From: Oligoflexales bacterium
GTDB taxonomy: Bacteria > Bdellovibrionota_B > Oligoflexia > Oligoflexales > CAIYRB01
Assembly (NCBI GenBank): GCA_041736175.1
Contig: JBGSUI010000246.1
Location: 1 to 64,000, forward strand
DNA: 64,000 nucleotides
Direction of reading: 5' to 3'
The position numbers and the translations under genes are program-made. Numbering within the stretch: position 1 is the first letter of the stretch; every line of letters starts with the position of its first letter. Positions 28,530-38,122 of this stretch are shown piece by piece. Under the pieces are notes generated by a model that was given only the letters and a program-made list of their open reading frames with translations, did no database searches and had not been told where the DNA came from.

Positions 28530-28864
28530 TTCATCCCTCCCGTGATTTGCCAGTAGACTAGCTTTCATAGAACAAGAAGGAATAAATGAATTGTTAGGAG
28601 AATCTTTTTTTACCAAAAAGATTCAGAAAATCCTTCAACAACATTTCAGATTTGATGATGCACCAACCGATGCATCTTCACGGATATTTCTTTGGGAAAG
28701 TCTTCAGAATTGGGAGCTTGTCAAAGTCGCTGCCGACGCAGGATTCGAAGTGATATTTTCTCGAATCCACTTTTTCAGGATTTTTCTTCAGAAACCAGCC
28801 CGGTTATCGAGGCCAGCGTTGGGCTCCGCGCACAGGTCCGCTTTTAGTTTATCCGGGGCTTGGT

Positions 28865-30772
28865 TTAGTTAACCACTACGGTGATGGTCTCTTGTCGGGC
28901 CATAAGATTGCGGCCAGAAATCATCACCGTGATGGTTCCAGCAGAGGCAGTTAAAGCTTTAAGGTCAAGGCGAACCTTGCCCTGGGCATCACTAAAGGTA
29001 CTCACAGGAGTCCCGGAGATCGATGTAGCCGCAACTCTTGCCCCCGCTAACGGCTTTCCTCCAGTCGTTAAAAAAAATTCGGTTTGAGCGGTGCCGACCA
29101 GGATTTTAGTGGGAATAGGTCCCTCTGGAAAGCGCGGTGGGGCCCAGCGCAAGGACTGGGAGGGGTCGCCAAACAGAACATAGGTTTCCCAGTAATAGGC
29201 ACTGTAACCTTTGCCACCATAATGGCGCCAAACTTCGGAGAGCCCTGTCTCGGTGGTTTGGCCAAAAGTATCGATGCCTTTCTTGAAGATTCCATCAAAC
29301 ATTCGCCGCTCTAAGATATCGTCTTCGTCCCAATAGGAACTATCCATGGACCCCAAAAAGGCGATGGCCCCAAAGGGATGCCGTTGCCAGGTTTCTCCAA
29401 AAGATTCGGTAATCCTAAAGTCACCAGTGATACAGGCGTTGCTGATCACAAAGGGAAGGGCGGAGGGGTCGCTGAGGTTGCGGACATCTTCTTGGGTCAC
29501 TGTCGGTCCAGCCCATGAGACTTGGCTTCCATGCCCCGAATAATTGATAATCGAGCGCCCTTGACCAATGGTGCGAACCACGGTCGCATCGTCCACCCGG
29601 TGGGTGATGGCATAGAGTTGGTCGCCCCCTTTTTGTTGGGATTCGGGAAAGACGCCGCTAAACCCCCTCATTTTAGCGTAGGAATTGATGACATAATTGT
29701 GGGACCCTTCGGCGATTTGCCAACGGTCATCGGTGGCCAGCCACGACACTCTTTGGAGCCATTCGTTGGTGTTAAACTGACCACTTTCGTAGCGCAGCAT
29801 TTTACCGACAACATTTTCTAATTGGGCCTCGTTTGCGACAGAGATCCGGCCTATTCCGATATCGGGGCCGTTGATGTCTTTTTTGTAGTCAGCTAAATCA
29901 AGGGCCCTATAGTAATGGTCCGTCACACCGGCGATGATATCGGAGTCTTTGCCTGGAACATCCTGGTGGTCGCCTACGATCAAGCCATAGCGAAGGTTAG
30001 TGGATTTATAGAGTTGCTTAAGTCTGGAGCGGATGGAGTCGGCTTTTTCTCCTGGTGAGACCACAAGTTTTGTGACTTCAAAACCCAGTTTTGTCTTGTG
30101 TTCCTCTAGTTTTTTAAGAACCTTTGACTCTGCAAACTTCGATCCCACAATCATCGCAAAATTTTCTGGCCGCGTATCGACTTGGGCTTCTCCAGCATCC
30201 ACTACGACTTCAAATTTTGAAATAATCTTATAAGTAGATGTTTTTGGAGAATACACCACGGGATAGAGGGTGACTAGGTTTTGATCCACCCCCCGGATAG
30301 ATCCGCTGGAAATCACTTCATAAACACCAGAGCCACTAGGACCTGCACTGGGGTAGTCGGCAGAACTCTCATAGATAGATAGATCATAGGCCACATCCAC
30401 AACCAGGTTGGGGATTTTTTCACGCGGTTTTTGAACTGGAACAAGGGGCTTTTTATCTTCTAGGACCAGAATCCTCTGGTCTTGAAGGGGACGTACTTGG
30501 ACGCTGCCTTGGGCATAGAGACGGATCACAGGGATTTCTGGAGCACCGATATTAAAGATAATTCCTGCGTAATCCTCTACACCTTTGAGGGATAGTTTTG
30601 AAAAGCGCTGATCTTCGAGTTTCAAGTCTTTCCAGTCGAGCTCGTCGATCTCAAAAGTATAGGTTGTCTTGGTGCCAGCATGGTCGATGGTGACTTTGCC
30701 GTAGGCTTGGTGCGAAAAGCTGCCAACGACCGTCAACAACCAGTGAAATGGAAATCTGTTTCCTGAACCCAT
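28865..30772 (-). CDS. Peptidase family C25 (gingipain-like) with N-terminal propeptide
   Basis: LIVGD, IGIGRIS, catalytic NYSGHGS and SNACITG, LFGDP; GAPEIPV propeptide motif. Confidence 0.9.
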   Translation of the reverse strand: MGSGNRFPFHWLLTVVGSFSHQAYGKVTIDHAGTKTTYTFEIDELDWKDLKLEDQRFSKLSLKGVEDYAGIIFNIGAPEIPVIRLYAQGSVQVRPLQDQRILVLEDKKPLVPVQKPREKIPNLVVDVAYDLSIYESSADYPSAGPSGSGVYEVISSGSIRGVDQNLVTLYPVVYSPKTSTYKIISKFEVVVDAGEAQVDTRPENFAMIVGSKFAESKVLKKLEEHKTKLGFEVTKLVVSPGEKADSIRSRLKQLYKSTNLRYGLIVGDHQDVPGKDSDIIAGVTDHYYRALDLADYKKDINGPDIGIGRISVANEAQLENVVGKMLRYESGQFNTNEWLQRVSWLATDDRWQIAEGSHNYVINSYAKMRGFSGVFPESQQKGGDQLYAITHRVDDATVVRTIGQGRSIINYSGHGSQVSWAGPTVTQEDVRNLSDPSALPFVISNACITGDFRITESFGETWQRHPFGAIAFLGSMDSSYWDEDDILERRMFDGIFKKGIDTFGQTTETGLSEVWRHYGGKGYSAYYWETYVLFGDPSQSLRWAPPRFPEGPIPTKILVGTAQTEFFLTTGGKPLAGARVAATSISGTPVSTFSDAQGKVRLDLKALTASAGTITVMISGRNLMARQETITVVVN

Positions 30773-30837
30773 AGGCCCCCCCAGTGTTCAACATTGTTTA
30801 GGGACTCATTTTAAGTAAGTCCTACTAAACTATAATA

Positions 30838-32334
30838 TCACCACTTGGAGATGATGGCCCGAGGCTTTCTCTGATCCCAGATAATAAGACCACCAGCCGT
30901 AGCTGTTTGCTGGGAGGCATCGTCCCAGCCTTCGTGGTCCATAGGTAACGCTCTTAATGAGTAGCTATAGCGGCCTGATGGCAGCCGTAGAGTTCGGGTT
31001 TGGCCATTGGAAACTATAAATTCAGTCTCGCTGGTGATGCTTTCGGCGATATAGCGATCCGCCGAGCTGAGGGATGTTATCTGATCAGCCGGTAGGACCG
31101 CGCCGGCTTTACAGAGGGCCCGACCTTCGCCGTTGACCAGACCTAAACCAAGTGCCGTTTTAAGCATGGTCGTTGATTCACCATAGACTGGGTGCCAGCA
31201 TATCTGGCGATTTTCCCTATCTGGTATATTTTGGGCCGCATTGATAAGCCGTGATGCTTCGTTTGCGATGGAGTCGGCCACATCCATTTCAGGGGCGAGG
31301 TTAAGAAGGATTTGCTTTTCTGGCAGATCTGCATCGGGGATTTTGATGACCAACTGACCCAGACGGCTTGTGGAGTCGAAGAGCTGAGTTAGGAAATTGA
31401 GTTCTTCAACCGTTCTCGCCAGGCCAAAGAGCCCAAGCTGTCGCCGGTTTTTGTTGTCGCTCTTGCAGACCCCCTGTTGCCAACGGAGGCTGGAAAGGGT
31501 GATCGGCAATTCACCTGGCGCAGCGGTGTTTAGAATCTTACAAAAGGTGTTGAGGGCTTCGTCAGAGTTGTTGTTGGCAAGAGCGTGGGCTAGGTTGATC
31601 CCAATGGCCACCCTGCGGGCAAAGAGATAGGGTTGGCGGCTCCATTTTTGCACCATGACTTTTTGGGTTTGGGCCAAGATTTCTACGGCCCGTGCCGGCT
31701 CGATGGAACCAAGGGTGCATTCAAAACCCGTCATCAACATATCGACACGGGTGCAGTCAGGGGAGATGGCCTTCATCCATTGGCGGATATTTTCAACAAA
31801 TGGTTGGTCGATGCCGATTTGCCGATCGGCTGCTTCGGCGTTAGCCAGAACGCAGGCTCTGGTGCGGAGGTTGGCCGCCATGCTTGAAGTGCTGGTAAAG
31901 CTAAACTGGTGCCCTTCGACCTCCGCATGGACTAAGTCTGGTCTGACAGGATCTCCAAGACTCAGGGTGTCTGAGCCTTCAAGGGTCAAGTCGATCGTAT
32001 GCCAGCCGACACTGGTTCGCAGGTAGGTCCTGATCCTGACCTCAGGGGGGGTTAGTCCTAGTTCTTGGCAATTGGATGCTGCAAGGTAGCCAATTTTTGC
32101 AGACATCGTGCCCGTGCCGCGAAATAGGCTAAAAGTCCTCCGTCCCTGATCAAAAGGCGGCGGCGGTGGAGCCAAGGGCGGTTTAAAGGAGAGGGGATCG
32201 TCCTCGGCAGAAGATGCAGAAACCCCAGACTCTCCCGTCGTGGCTCGGTTGACTTGGCAGCCGCGCAGGGGCCAGATAACAGTCGTCATCACCGTTGCTG
32301 CAAAGACTGATCTCAAAACGATCGTAAGGCGCAT
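30838..32334 (-). CDS. Hypothetical secreted, probably lipo-, protein
   Basis: Hydrophobic N-terminus ending LRGC; Pro-rich linker; 498 aa. Confidence 0.6.
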   Translation of the reverse strand: MRLTIVLRSVFAATVMTTVIWPLRGCQVNRATTGESGVSASSAEDDPLSFKPPLAPPPPPFDQGRRTFSLFRGTGTMSAKIGYLAASNCQELGLTPPEVRIRTYLRTSVGWHTIDLTLEGSDTLSLGDPVRPDLVHAEVEGHQFSFTSTSSMAANLRTRACVLANAEAADRQIGIDQPFVENIRQWMKAISPDCTRVDMLMTGFECTLGSIEPARAVEILAQTQKVMVQKWSRQPYLFARRVAIGINLAHALANNNSDEALNTFCKILNTAAPGELPITLSSLRWQQGVCKSDNKNRRQLGLFGLARTVEELNFLTQLFDSTSRLGQLVIKIPDADLPEKQILLNLAPEMDVADSIANEASRLINAAQNIPDRENRQICWHPVYGESTTMLKTALGLGLVNGEGRALCKAGAVLPADQITSLSSADRYIAESITSETEFIVSNGQTRTLRLPSGRYSYSLRALPMDHEGWDDASQQTATAGGLIIWDQRKPRAIISKW

Positions 32335-32358
32335 AGGGTTACCTGCCTGATGTCTTGG

Positions 32359-32853
32359 TCAGTATGTTTCGATGTCTTGGACCGCTACTTCAACGATTTC
32401 GTGAAAGCCACCCAGAGCAGGATTGGCGGCCTCGACAGTCCAAGAAAGTGGTTGGCATTGTTTTAAGGTGTAACGAACCACTTCGTCTCCATCTTTGTTG
32501 ACTAAGGTTACGTAAATATCTTTTGGTTCAGATCGATTATGGGTGATGTTTTTAGCCCAGAGGTAAAGGGATGGTTCGGTCACAAAGTCCCGTAAAAAAC
32601 GGATGCGAAATCCCCCATCCGCTTGTTTGCGCCAGGAGACTGATTTTGCGTCTTGGGAGGTAAGACCTTCGATCGTATCAAAAACTCCGTAGTAGACGCC
32701 ATCGATCTCGACCCGGCTTGTGGTTTCAAAGAGGCTTAATCCTGCCGGCGAAATCTGGGTAAGAAGTCCCAGAATGCAAAGGGCGACCATCAATATGATT
32801 GCTGACGAAAGTGGTTTGGATTGATTGGATTTTAAAATCAAAGCGCGCCCCAC
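32359..32853 (-). CDS. Phage tail-tube (T4 gp19/Afp1-like) protein with N-terminal hydrophobic segment
   Basis: RVEIDG..GVFDTIEGL, LYLW, KDIYVTLVNKDGDEVVRYTLKQCQPLSW, EIVEVAVQDIE follow the gp19-like tube pattern. Confidence 0.7.
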   Translation of the reverse strand: MGRALILKSNQSKPLSSAIILMVALCILGLLTQISPAGLSLFETTSRVEIDGVYYGVFDTIEGLTSQDAKSVSWRKQADGGFRIRFLRDFVTEPSLYLWAKNITHNRSEPKDIYVTLVNKDGDEVVRYTLKQCQPLSWTVEAANPALGGFHEIVEVAVQDIETY

Positions 32854-32968
32854 GCGGGTCGGTGGTTATCAGGTCGCTGAGCCAACATTTATCTCGTATA
32901 ATTTATATTAACATGGACAAGTCTCGCCGTCTACTGGCGAGCTAGGGTATCCACAATAAGATCGTAAA

Positions 32969-32997
32969 GCCGAAAGGCCTGTCAACAGGCCTTTGGC
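32969..32997 (-). terminator. Probable terminator after ridA
   Basis: AAAGGCCTG-TCAA-CAGGCCTTT hairpin just past the stop. Confidence 0.5.
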
Positions 32998-33014
32998 AAC
33001 CTTTAAGGGATTTG

Positions 33015-33434
33015 TCAATCACAACTTGCAATACAGTCAATTTCAACCCCTACATCTCGGGGTAGTCGGGCGACTTCTACGCAGGCCCGCGCTGGATAAG
33101 GTGGCTTGAAAAATTGTGCGTAGGTTTCATTAACTCTAGTGAAATGCTCCAAGTCTTTCAGGTAAATTGTCGTTTTGACAACTTTACCCAGACTGGAATG
33201 GCTGGCCTCCAAAATCGCCGAAAGATTTTTGAGGCACTGCTGGGTTTGTTCCTCGATGGTGCCGAGGACAAGCTGGCCTGTCGACGGGTCAAAGGGAATT
33301 TGCCCTGACACAAAAACCAGAGAGCCCACTTTCATACCCTGCGAATAGGGGCCTATGGCAGCGGGGGCCCGGTCGGTCTTGATCGGTTGGAGCGCCTGGT
33401 GTGATTGGGATTGGGATGGGGTTTGCGAGGTCAT
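33015..33434 (-). CDS. ridA: RidA family enamine/imine deaminase
   Basis: APAAIGPYSQG, SGQIP, PARACVEVARLP, VEIDCIA. Confidence 0.93.
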   Translation of the reverse strand: MTSQTPSQSQSHQALQPIKTDRAPAAIGPYSQGMKVGSLVFVSGQIPFDPSTGQLVLGTIEEQTQQCLKNLSAILEASHSSLGKVVKTTIYLKDLEHFTRVNETYAQFFKPPYPARACVEVARLPRDVGVEIDCIASCD

Positions 33435-34576
33435 AGGATTTGAGCTCCTGGGTTTGAGGCGTTGGCTTGCTGGATTTCAACTTCGAGTTCTTCTAAGGCA
33501 AGAGTCCCAGCATCAGAAAGAAATTTATCCTTGCGGGCCTTTTTAACATGGACGAGAGCTTTGTCATAGGCTCCTAAAGCGATTTCTGCTTGGGCCCCAT
33601 GGGCGTGGAGCTGCCACGGCAGTGTTTTGGTCGAAAGCTTTTCGGCTTGCCAAAGGATAGGTGGGATTTTTTCAAATTCCTGGGCGATCCCATAGGCTCC
33701 GGTGAGTTCTATCAAGAAGAGGGGATCTCTTTCGCCTAGGTGAAAAAATTTTTCTAAGTGACTCGCCTTGAGGTGGCGATCACCTGTCGTCATAAGGGAC
33801 GTTGCCAGAGAAGTCCCAGCCCAGGAGGACTTGTCCTGAGCAATGGCCAAAACCTCTTCCGGTGCATAGTCGCCCTTGGTCTCAAGGAGGAGTTGATAGA
33901 GGAGTTCCCACAGAGCATGGTGGTTTGCTTGGGCTTCGATTCCCGCCATGATCCAAATTTCCGCATCGCGAGGTCTAGAGGTCCTGATAAAAATCTGTCC
34001 CAGGTTAACGTAGGGAGCCGGCTCTTCGGGAATCAGCTCCTGGGCCCTTCGAAAGGCAGACTCAGCCTCGGTCAAGTCTTCGGCCATCATGGCGGCCACT
34101 CCCATGGCGAGTTGGGTGCTAAAAGAGGTCGAGTCTTTGACGGTGGGGAACTTTCGGACAAGTTCTAAGGCAGTGTAGGGCAAGGCCATCGTCACCAGCT
34201 CGTCCAGGAGGGCTTCCATGTCGGCAGGTGGCAGCTCTTGGGGAAAATTGTCCGTGGTCCCAGAGTATTTTTTATGGAAAAACATGCGGAAATCATGGTC
34301 CGCTGGATCAATATTTTCTGAGGGAGTGGCTTCGGATTCCCCTGGGTGATGGTTATGGTTTTCAGGGTAAAAGCTATCGGTCGAAAGACCGAAAACTCTC
34401 TTGAAAGTGGGTCCAATGGCCAGGGGCTCGGGACAGGTCGGTTGGGGATGAAAGGGCTGCACCGTGTAATCCTTAATGGAGTTTGATAAAGTTGTCTGGT
34501 ACCTCAAGATCCTTTGGCCTGGCTTTATTTCCAGAACATAGGCGTGACATCTGGGCAAATTTATCACATTATCCAA
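33431..34576 (-). CDS. Tetratricopeptide-repeat protein
   Basis: TPR-like AESAFRRAQELIPEEPAPYVNLGQIF. Start uncertain, possibly ATG 34285. Confidence 0.65.
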   Translation of the reverse strand: MDNVINLPRCHAYVLEIKPGQRILRYQTTLSNSIKDYTVQPFHPQPTCPEPLAIGPTFKRVFGLSTDSFYPENHNHHPGESEATPSENIDPADHDFRMFFHKKYSGTTDNFPQELPPADMEALLDELVTMALPYTALELVRKFPTVKDSTSFSTQLAMGVAAMMAEDLTEAESAFRRAQELIPEEPAPYVNLGQIFIRTSRPRDAEIWIMAGIEAQANHHALWELLYQLLLETKGDYAPEEVLAIAQDKSSWAGTSLATSLMTTGDRHLKASHLEKFFHLGERDPLFLIELTGAYGIAQEFEKIPPILWQAEKLSTKTLPWQLHAHGAQAEIALGAYDKALVHVKKARKDKFLSDAGTLALEELEVEIQQANASNPGAQIL

Positions 34577-34645
34577 GACTGTCAGCAGGTCTTGAAGCTT
34601 AACATCGAGATCGCATTAGATACTCGCGACGTGGAGCCCTTCGTG

Positions 34646-36367
34646 ATGACGCCACAACCAGCTAATCAGAGTAATGAATTTAATAAAAGTCTCGCTGCAA
34701 ACCTAGCGAGCAAATTACCGGGAGCTGGGATCAGGTCCATGTCCAATGATCGATGGGCAGACGAAGATGTCTTCGAGGTGAGGGCGGCTTCGATTCTGGA
34801 AGTGATGCGCGAGCTCCGGCAAAGCTACCCATACCTTATGGACGTCTGCGGCGTCGATTACCCGGAGCGGGCTGATCGTTTTGATGTGGTTTACCATTTG
34901 GCCGATCCCGACAACCGCCGGCGCCTAAGGGTCAAGGCCCAGGTCGCTGATGGAGGTGGCCTCCCCTCCGTGACGTCGGTGTATAAGTCGGCTAATTGGT
35001 TTGAACGAGAAGCTTTCGATATGTTTGGGATCCGCTTTGATGGACACCCCCAGTTACGGCGGATACTTTGCCACGAGGATTTTGTAGGCTATCCTCTCCG
35101 TAAGGACTATCCCGCGGATCGTAACCAGTCTCTGCAAACGCCCCTGGAGCATACTTTTAGTGCTGATCGGGCTAGGTTGCAGGCGGAGGAGGCAGACCAC
35201 CTTTCGGATCGCATTTGGATCAACATCGGTCCTGCCCATCCCGCAACCCACGGGACCCTGCGTCTTATGGCGATATTATCGGGTGAAACCATTGAAAAAC
35301 TCGACTTGGAGATCGGCTACCTCCATCGGTGTTTCGAAAAAATGTGCGAGACCCATGACTATAATCAGATTATTCCCTATACGGATCGGCTTAACTATTG
35401 TTCGGCACCGATCAACAACAATGCCTGGTGCCGCACGATCGAAAAACTCATCGGCATCGAAGTCCCCCCCAGGGCCCAAGTCATCCGCATGATCCTCGAT
35501 GAATTTTCCCGGATCATCGACCACTTTGTCTGTATTTCCACCAATGCCGTGGATTTAGGGGCGTTGACTAATTTTTGGCTCGGATTTCAGGCCCGTGAAA
35601 GGGTTTACGATCTCTTCGAAAAGCTGTGTGGTGCCCGGTTGACGGTTTCTCTAGGCCGCGTGGGTGGCTTGGGGTTTGATCTACCGGATGGATGGGCCGC
35701 AGAGGCCTTTAAGGTCATTGAGGCGATCGAACAGTCCCATTACGAACTTGATCTGCTGCTGACAAAAAACCGAATTTTTGTAAAAAGGATGGTGGGTGCG
35801 GCGGCCATAGACAAAGCAAATGCAATCAACTGGGGATTTACAGGACCATGTCTCCGGGCAGCGGGAGTCGCCATGGATACCCGCCAGTGGAGTCCCTATT
35901 ACCTCTATGACCAAGTCGAGTGGGATATCCCCATCGGCGAGCGGGGTGATAGCTATGACCGTTATATGGTCCGCATGGAGGAAATCCGCCAGTCCGTGAA
36001 GATTCTAAAGCAGCTCCTGGGCAATATTCCCAGTGGCCCGGTTGCTGTGGATAACCCACGGATCGTGCTGCCCCGTAAACAAGATGTCTATGGAAATATC
36101 GAAGGGTTGATGAACCAGTTTATGATGGTGATCCATGGCGTCCAGCCCCCAAAGGGGGAGATCTACTGTGCCCATGAAGGGGCCAATGGTGAGCTGGGTT
36201 TTTATGTCGTCAGCGATGGTACGGGACGGCCCTATCGGGTCAAGTGTCGACCACCCTGTTTTTCTATATTCCAGGCGTTTCCTTCTATGGTCGAGGGACA
36301 AATGATCGCCGATGCCATTGCGGCTCTGGGAAGTATCAATATCATTGCGGGAGAACTTGACCGATGA
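34646..36367 (+). CDS. nuoCD: NADH-quinone oxidoreductase fused subunit C/D
   Basis: ANWFEREAFDMFGI, GYPLRKDYP, NIGPAHPATHG, GYLHR, C-terminal GELDR; GGAG RBS upstream of 34646. Confidence 0.96.
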   Translation: MTPQPANQSNEFNKSLAANLASKLPGAGIRSMSNDRWADEDVFEVRAASILEVMRELRQSYPYLMDVCGVDYPERADRFDVVYHLADPDNRRRLRVKAQVADGGGLPSVTSVYKSANWFEREAFDMFGIRFDGHPQLRRILCHEDFVGYPLRKDYPADRNQSLQTPLEHTFSADRARLQAEEADHLSDRIWINIGPAHPATHGTLRLMAILSGETIEKLDLEIGYLHRCFEKMCETHDYNQIIPYTDRLNYCSAPINNNAWCRTIEKLIGIEVPPRAQVIRMILDEFSRIIDHFVCISTNAVDLGALTNFWLGFQARERVYDLFEKLCGARLTVSLGRVGGLGFDLPDGWAAEAFKVIEAIEQSHYELDLLLTKNRIFVKRMVGAAAIDKANAINWGFTGPCLRAAGVAMDTRQWSPYYLYDQVEWDIPIGERGDSYDRYMVRMEEIRQSVKILKQLLGNIPSGPVAVDNPRIVLPRKQDVYGNIEGLMNQFMMVIHGVQPPKGEIYCAHEGANGELGFYVVSDGTGRPYRVKCRPPCFSIFQAFPSMVEGQMIADAIAALGSINIIAGELDR

Positions 36368-36864
36368 GTGGGTTTTCGGAGGGTTTAAAGACTAAGATTG
36401 AGGGTTTTCTCGGGCGCTACGAGACCCGACGCAGTGCGATCTTGCCTGTGCTTCATGCCATCCAAGATGAATATGGCTGGATTCATGAGGACCATGTGGA
36501 AGAGCTTCACAGCAAGTACCAACTCGATCGGATCCATGTCAAAGAGGTCATCACCTTTTACGATATTTACAAAGACGAGCCGGTCGCAAAGCATGTTATC
36601 AGGTTTTGCAAGAGCCTGACCTGTCATATGCTCGGAGCTACTGAATCAATGGCAAAGGTCGAGTCCTATATTGAAAAAAAAGGTTTACAAAATTCTTTCG
36701 AACTGGAGCCCTTTGCCTGCCTCGGAAAATGCGATGGAGCGCCCGTGATGCTGATTGGCAAAGACCGTTTTGAGTTGGTTACGGCTGACAAGGTAGAATC
36801 TATCTTGGATGACTATACAAAGGCTTCTGCTGCACCACAAAAAGGGGGAACCCATGGTAGCTGA
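36364..36864 (+). CDS. nuoE: NADH-quinone oxidoreductase subunit E
   Basis: VITFYDIY; 2Fe-2S ligands CKSLTC and CLGKC. Confidence 0.95.
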   Translation: MSGFSEGLKTKIEGFLGRYETRRSAILPVLHAIQDEYGWIHEDHVEELHSKYQLDRIHVKEVITFYDIYKDEPVAKHVIRFCKSLTCHMLGATESMAKVESYIEKKGLQNSFELEPFACLGKCDGAPVMLIGKDRFELVTADKVESILDDYTKASAAPQKGGTHGS

Positions 36865-38122
36865 GTATCCCAAAATACTGTTGGCCCACCAGGGTCTCCC
36901 CGACAGCCGCTCCCTTAAGACCTATCTCTCCCAGGGGGGATACGAGGCTGCCAAAAAAGCTATCTCTATGGGACCCGCGCAGATCATCGACGAAGTCAAA
37001 GCATCAGGTCTTAGAGGGCGTGGGGGTGCAGGATTTTCTACCGGAATGAAATGGTCTTTTGTCCCTAAGGATCTCCCTGGTGCCCGCTACCTGATCTGCA
37101 ACAATGATGAGAGCGAACCGGGAACTTTTAAAGATCGTCAGATTTGTACGGTAAGTCCCCATATGATCTTGGAGGGAATGATCATTGCTGGCTATGCGAT
37201 CGGAGCAGCAAAAGGGTATATTTATACCCGCTGGGAATTCCAAAAAGAGATTCAATACCTCGAAACAGCGATCAAAGAAGCCTACGAAGCGGGCCTACTC
37301 GGTAAAAACATCTTGAACAGCTCTTTTAGCTTTGACCTGGACCACTATATGGGAGCAGGGGCTTATATCTGTGGCGAAGAGACCGGGCTGATTTCCTCTC
37401 TCGAAGGTAAAAAAGGCCAACCCAAGCTAAAACCACCCTTTCCGGCGGTTTCTGGATATTTAGGGAGGCCAACCATTGTGAACAATACCGAAACTTTGGC
37501 GGTCGTGCCTTGGATCATCAACCATGGCGGTAAGGAGTACCGCAAATACGGTACCGAAAAAAGTCCCGGCACCAAGCTTTTTTCGATTTCGGGTGCTCTC
37601 AATAGGCCTGGAGTTTACGAAGTGCCCCTGGGATATCCCTTGATGAAATTGATCAACGACGAGTGCGGTGGAATGCAGCCCGGTCGAACCATCAAAGCTG
37701 TGATTCCTGGTGGAGCGTCGGCCCCTCTGCTCACTCCGAGCGAAATCCAGGATGCGACTTTGGACTACGAATGCATGGCCCAAAAGGGGACCATGTTGGG
37801 ATCGGGAGCCATTATGGTGATCGATGACCGCCAGAGTATGGCGGATCTGTTGAGAATCACCATTGACTTTTTTGCCCACGAGAGTTGCGGCCAATGCACC
37901 CCATGCCGCGAAGGTACCGGCTGGCTGGCAAATATTATGATGGGTATCAGCGAAAAAACCGCTAAGACCGAGGATGTCAATCGCCTTGGACTCGTTGCAA
38001 AACATATGGGCGGCAAAACCATCTGCGCCCTTTCTGATGCCTGTGCCATGCCAGTCATGTCTTACGTCCAAAAATTTGGTGACGAACTCCGAGATTATCT
38101 CAAACAAGGAGCGGTCCATTGA
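36854..38122 (+). CDS. nuoF: NADH-quinone oxidoreductase subunit F
   Basis: GLRGRGGAGF, ESEPGTFKDR, GAGAYICGEET, ESCGQCTPCREG. Start set at ATG 36854. Confidence 0.97.
   Translation: MVAEYPKILLAHQGLPDSRSLKTYLSQGGYEAAKKAISMGPAQIIDEVKASGLRGRGGAGFSTGMKWSFVPKDLPGARYLICNNDESEPGTFKDRQICTVSPHMILEGMIIAGYAIGAAKGYIYTRWEFQKEIQYLETAIKEAYEAGLLGKNILNSSFSFDLDHYMGAGAYICGEETGLISSLEGKKGQPKLKPPFPAVSGYLGRPTIVNNTETLAVVPWIINHGGKEYRKYGTEKSPGTKLFSISGALNRPGVYEVPLGYPLMKLINDECGGMQPGRTIKAVIPGGASAPLLTPSEIQDATLDYECMAQKGTMLGSGAIMVIDDRQSMADLLRITIDFFAHESCGQCTPCREGTGWLANIMMGISEKTAKTEDVNRLGLVAKHMGGKTICALSDACAMPVMSYVQKFGDELRDYLKQGAVH

Noticed and set aside
28591..28872. 93-aa plus-strand ORF between the decarboxylase fusion and the C25 protease
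   Set aside because: No recognisable motif or convincing RBS; may be a gene remnant.
37460..38119. 219-aa antisense ORF, and similar shadow ORFs throughout the track
   Set aside because: Lies opposite well-supported genes such as nuoF; expected from codon bias.
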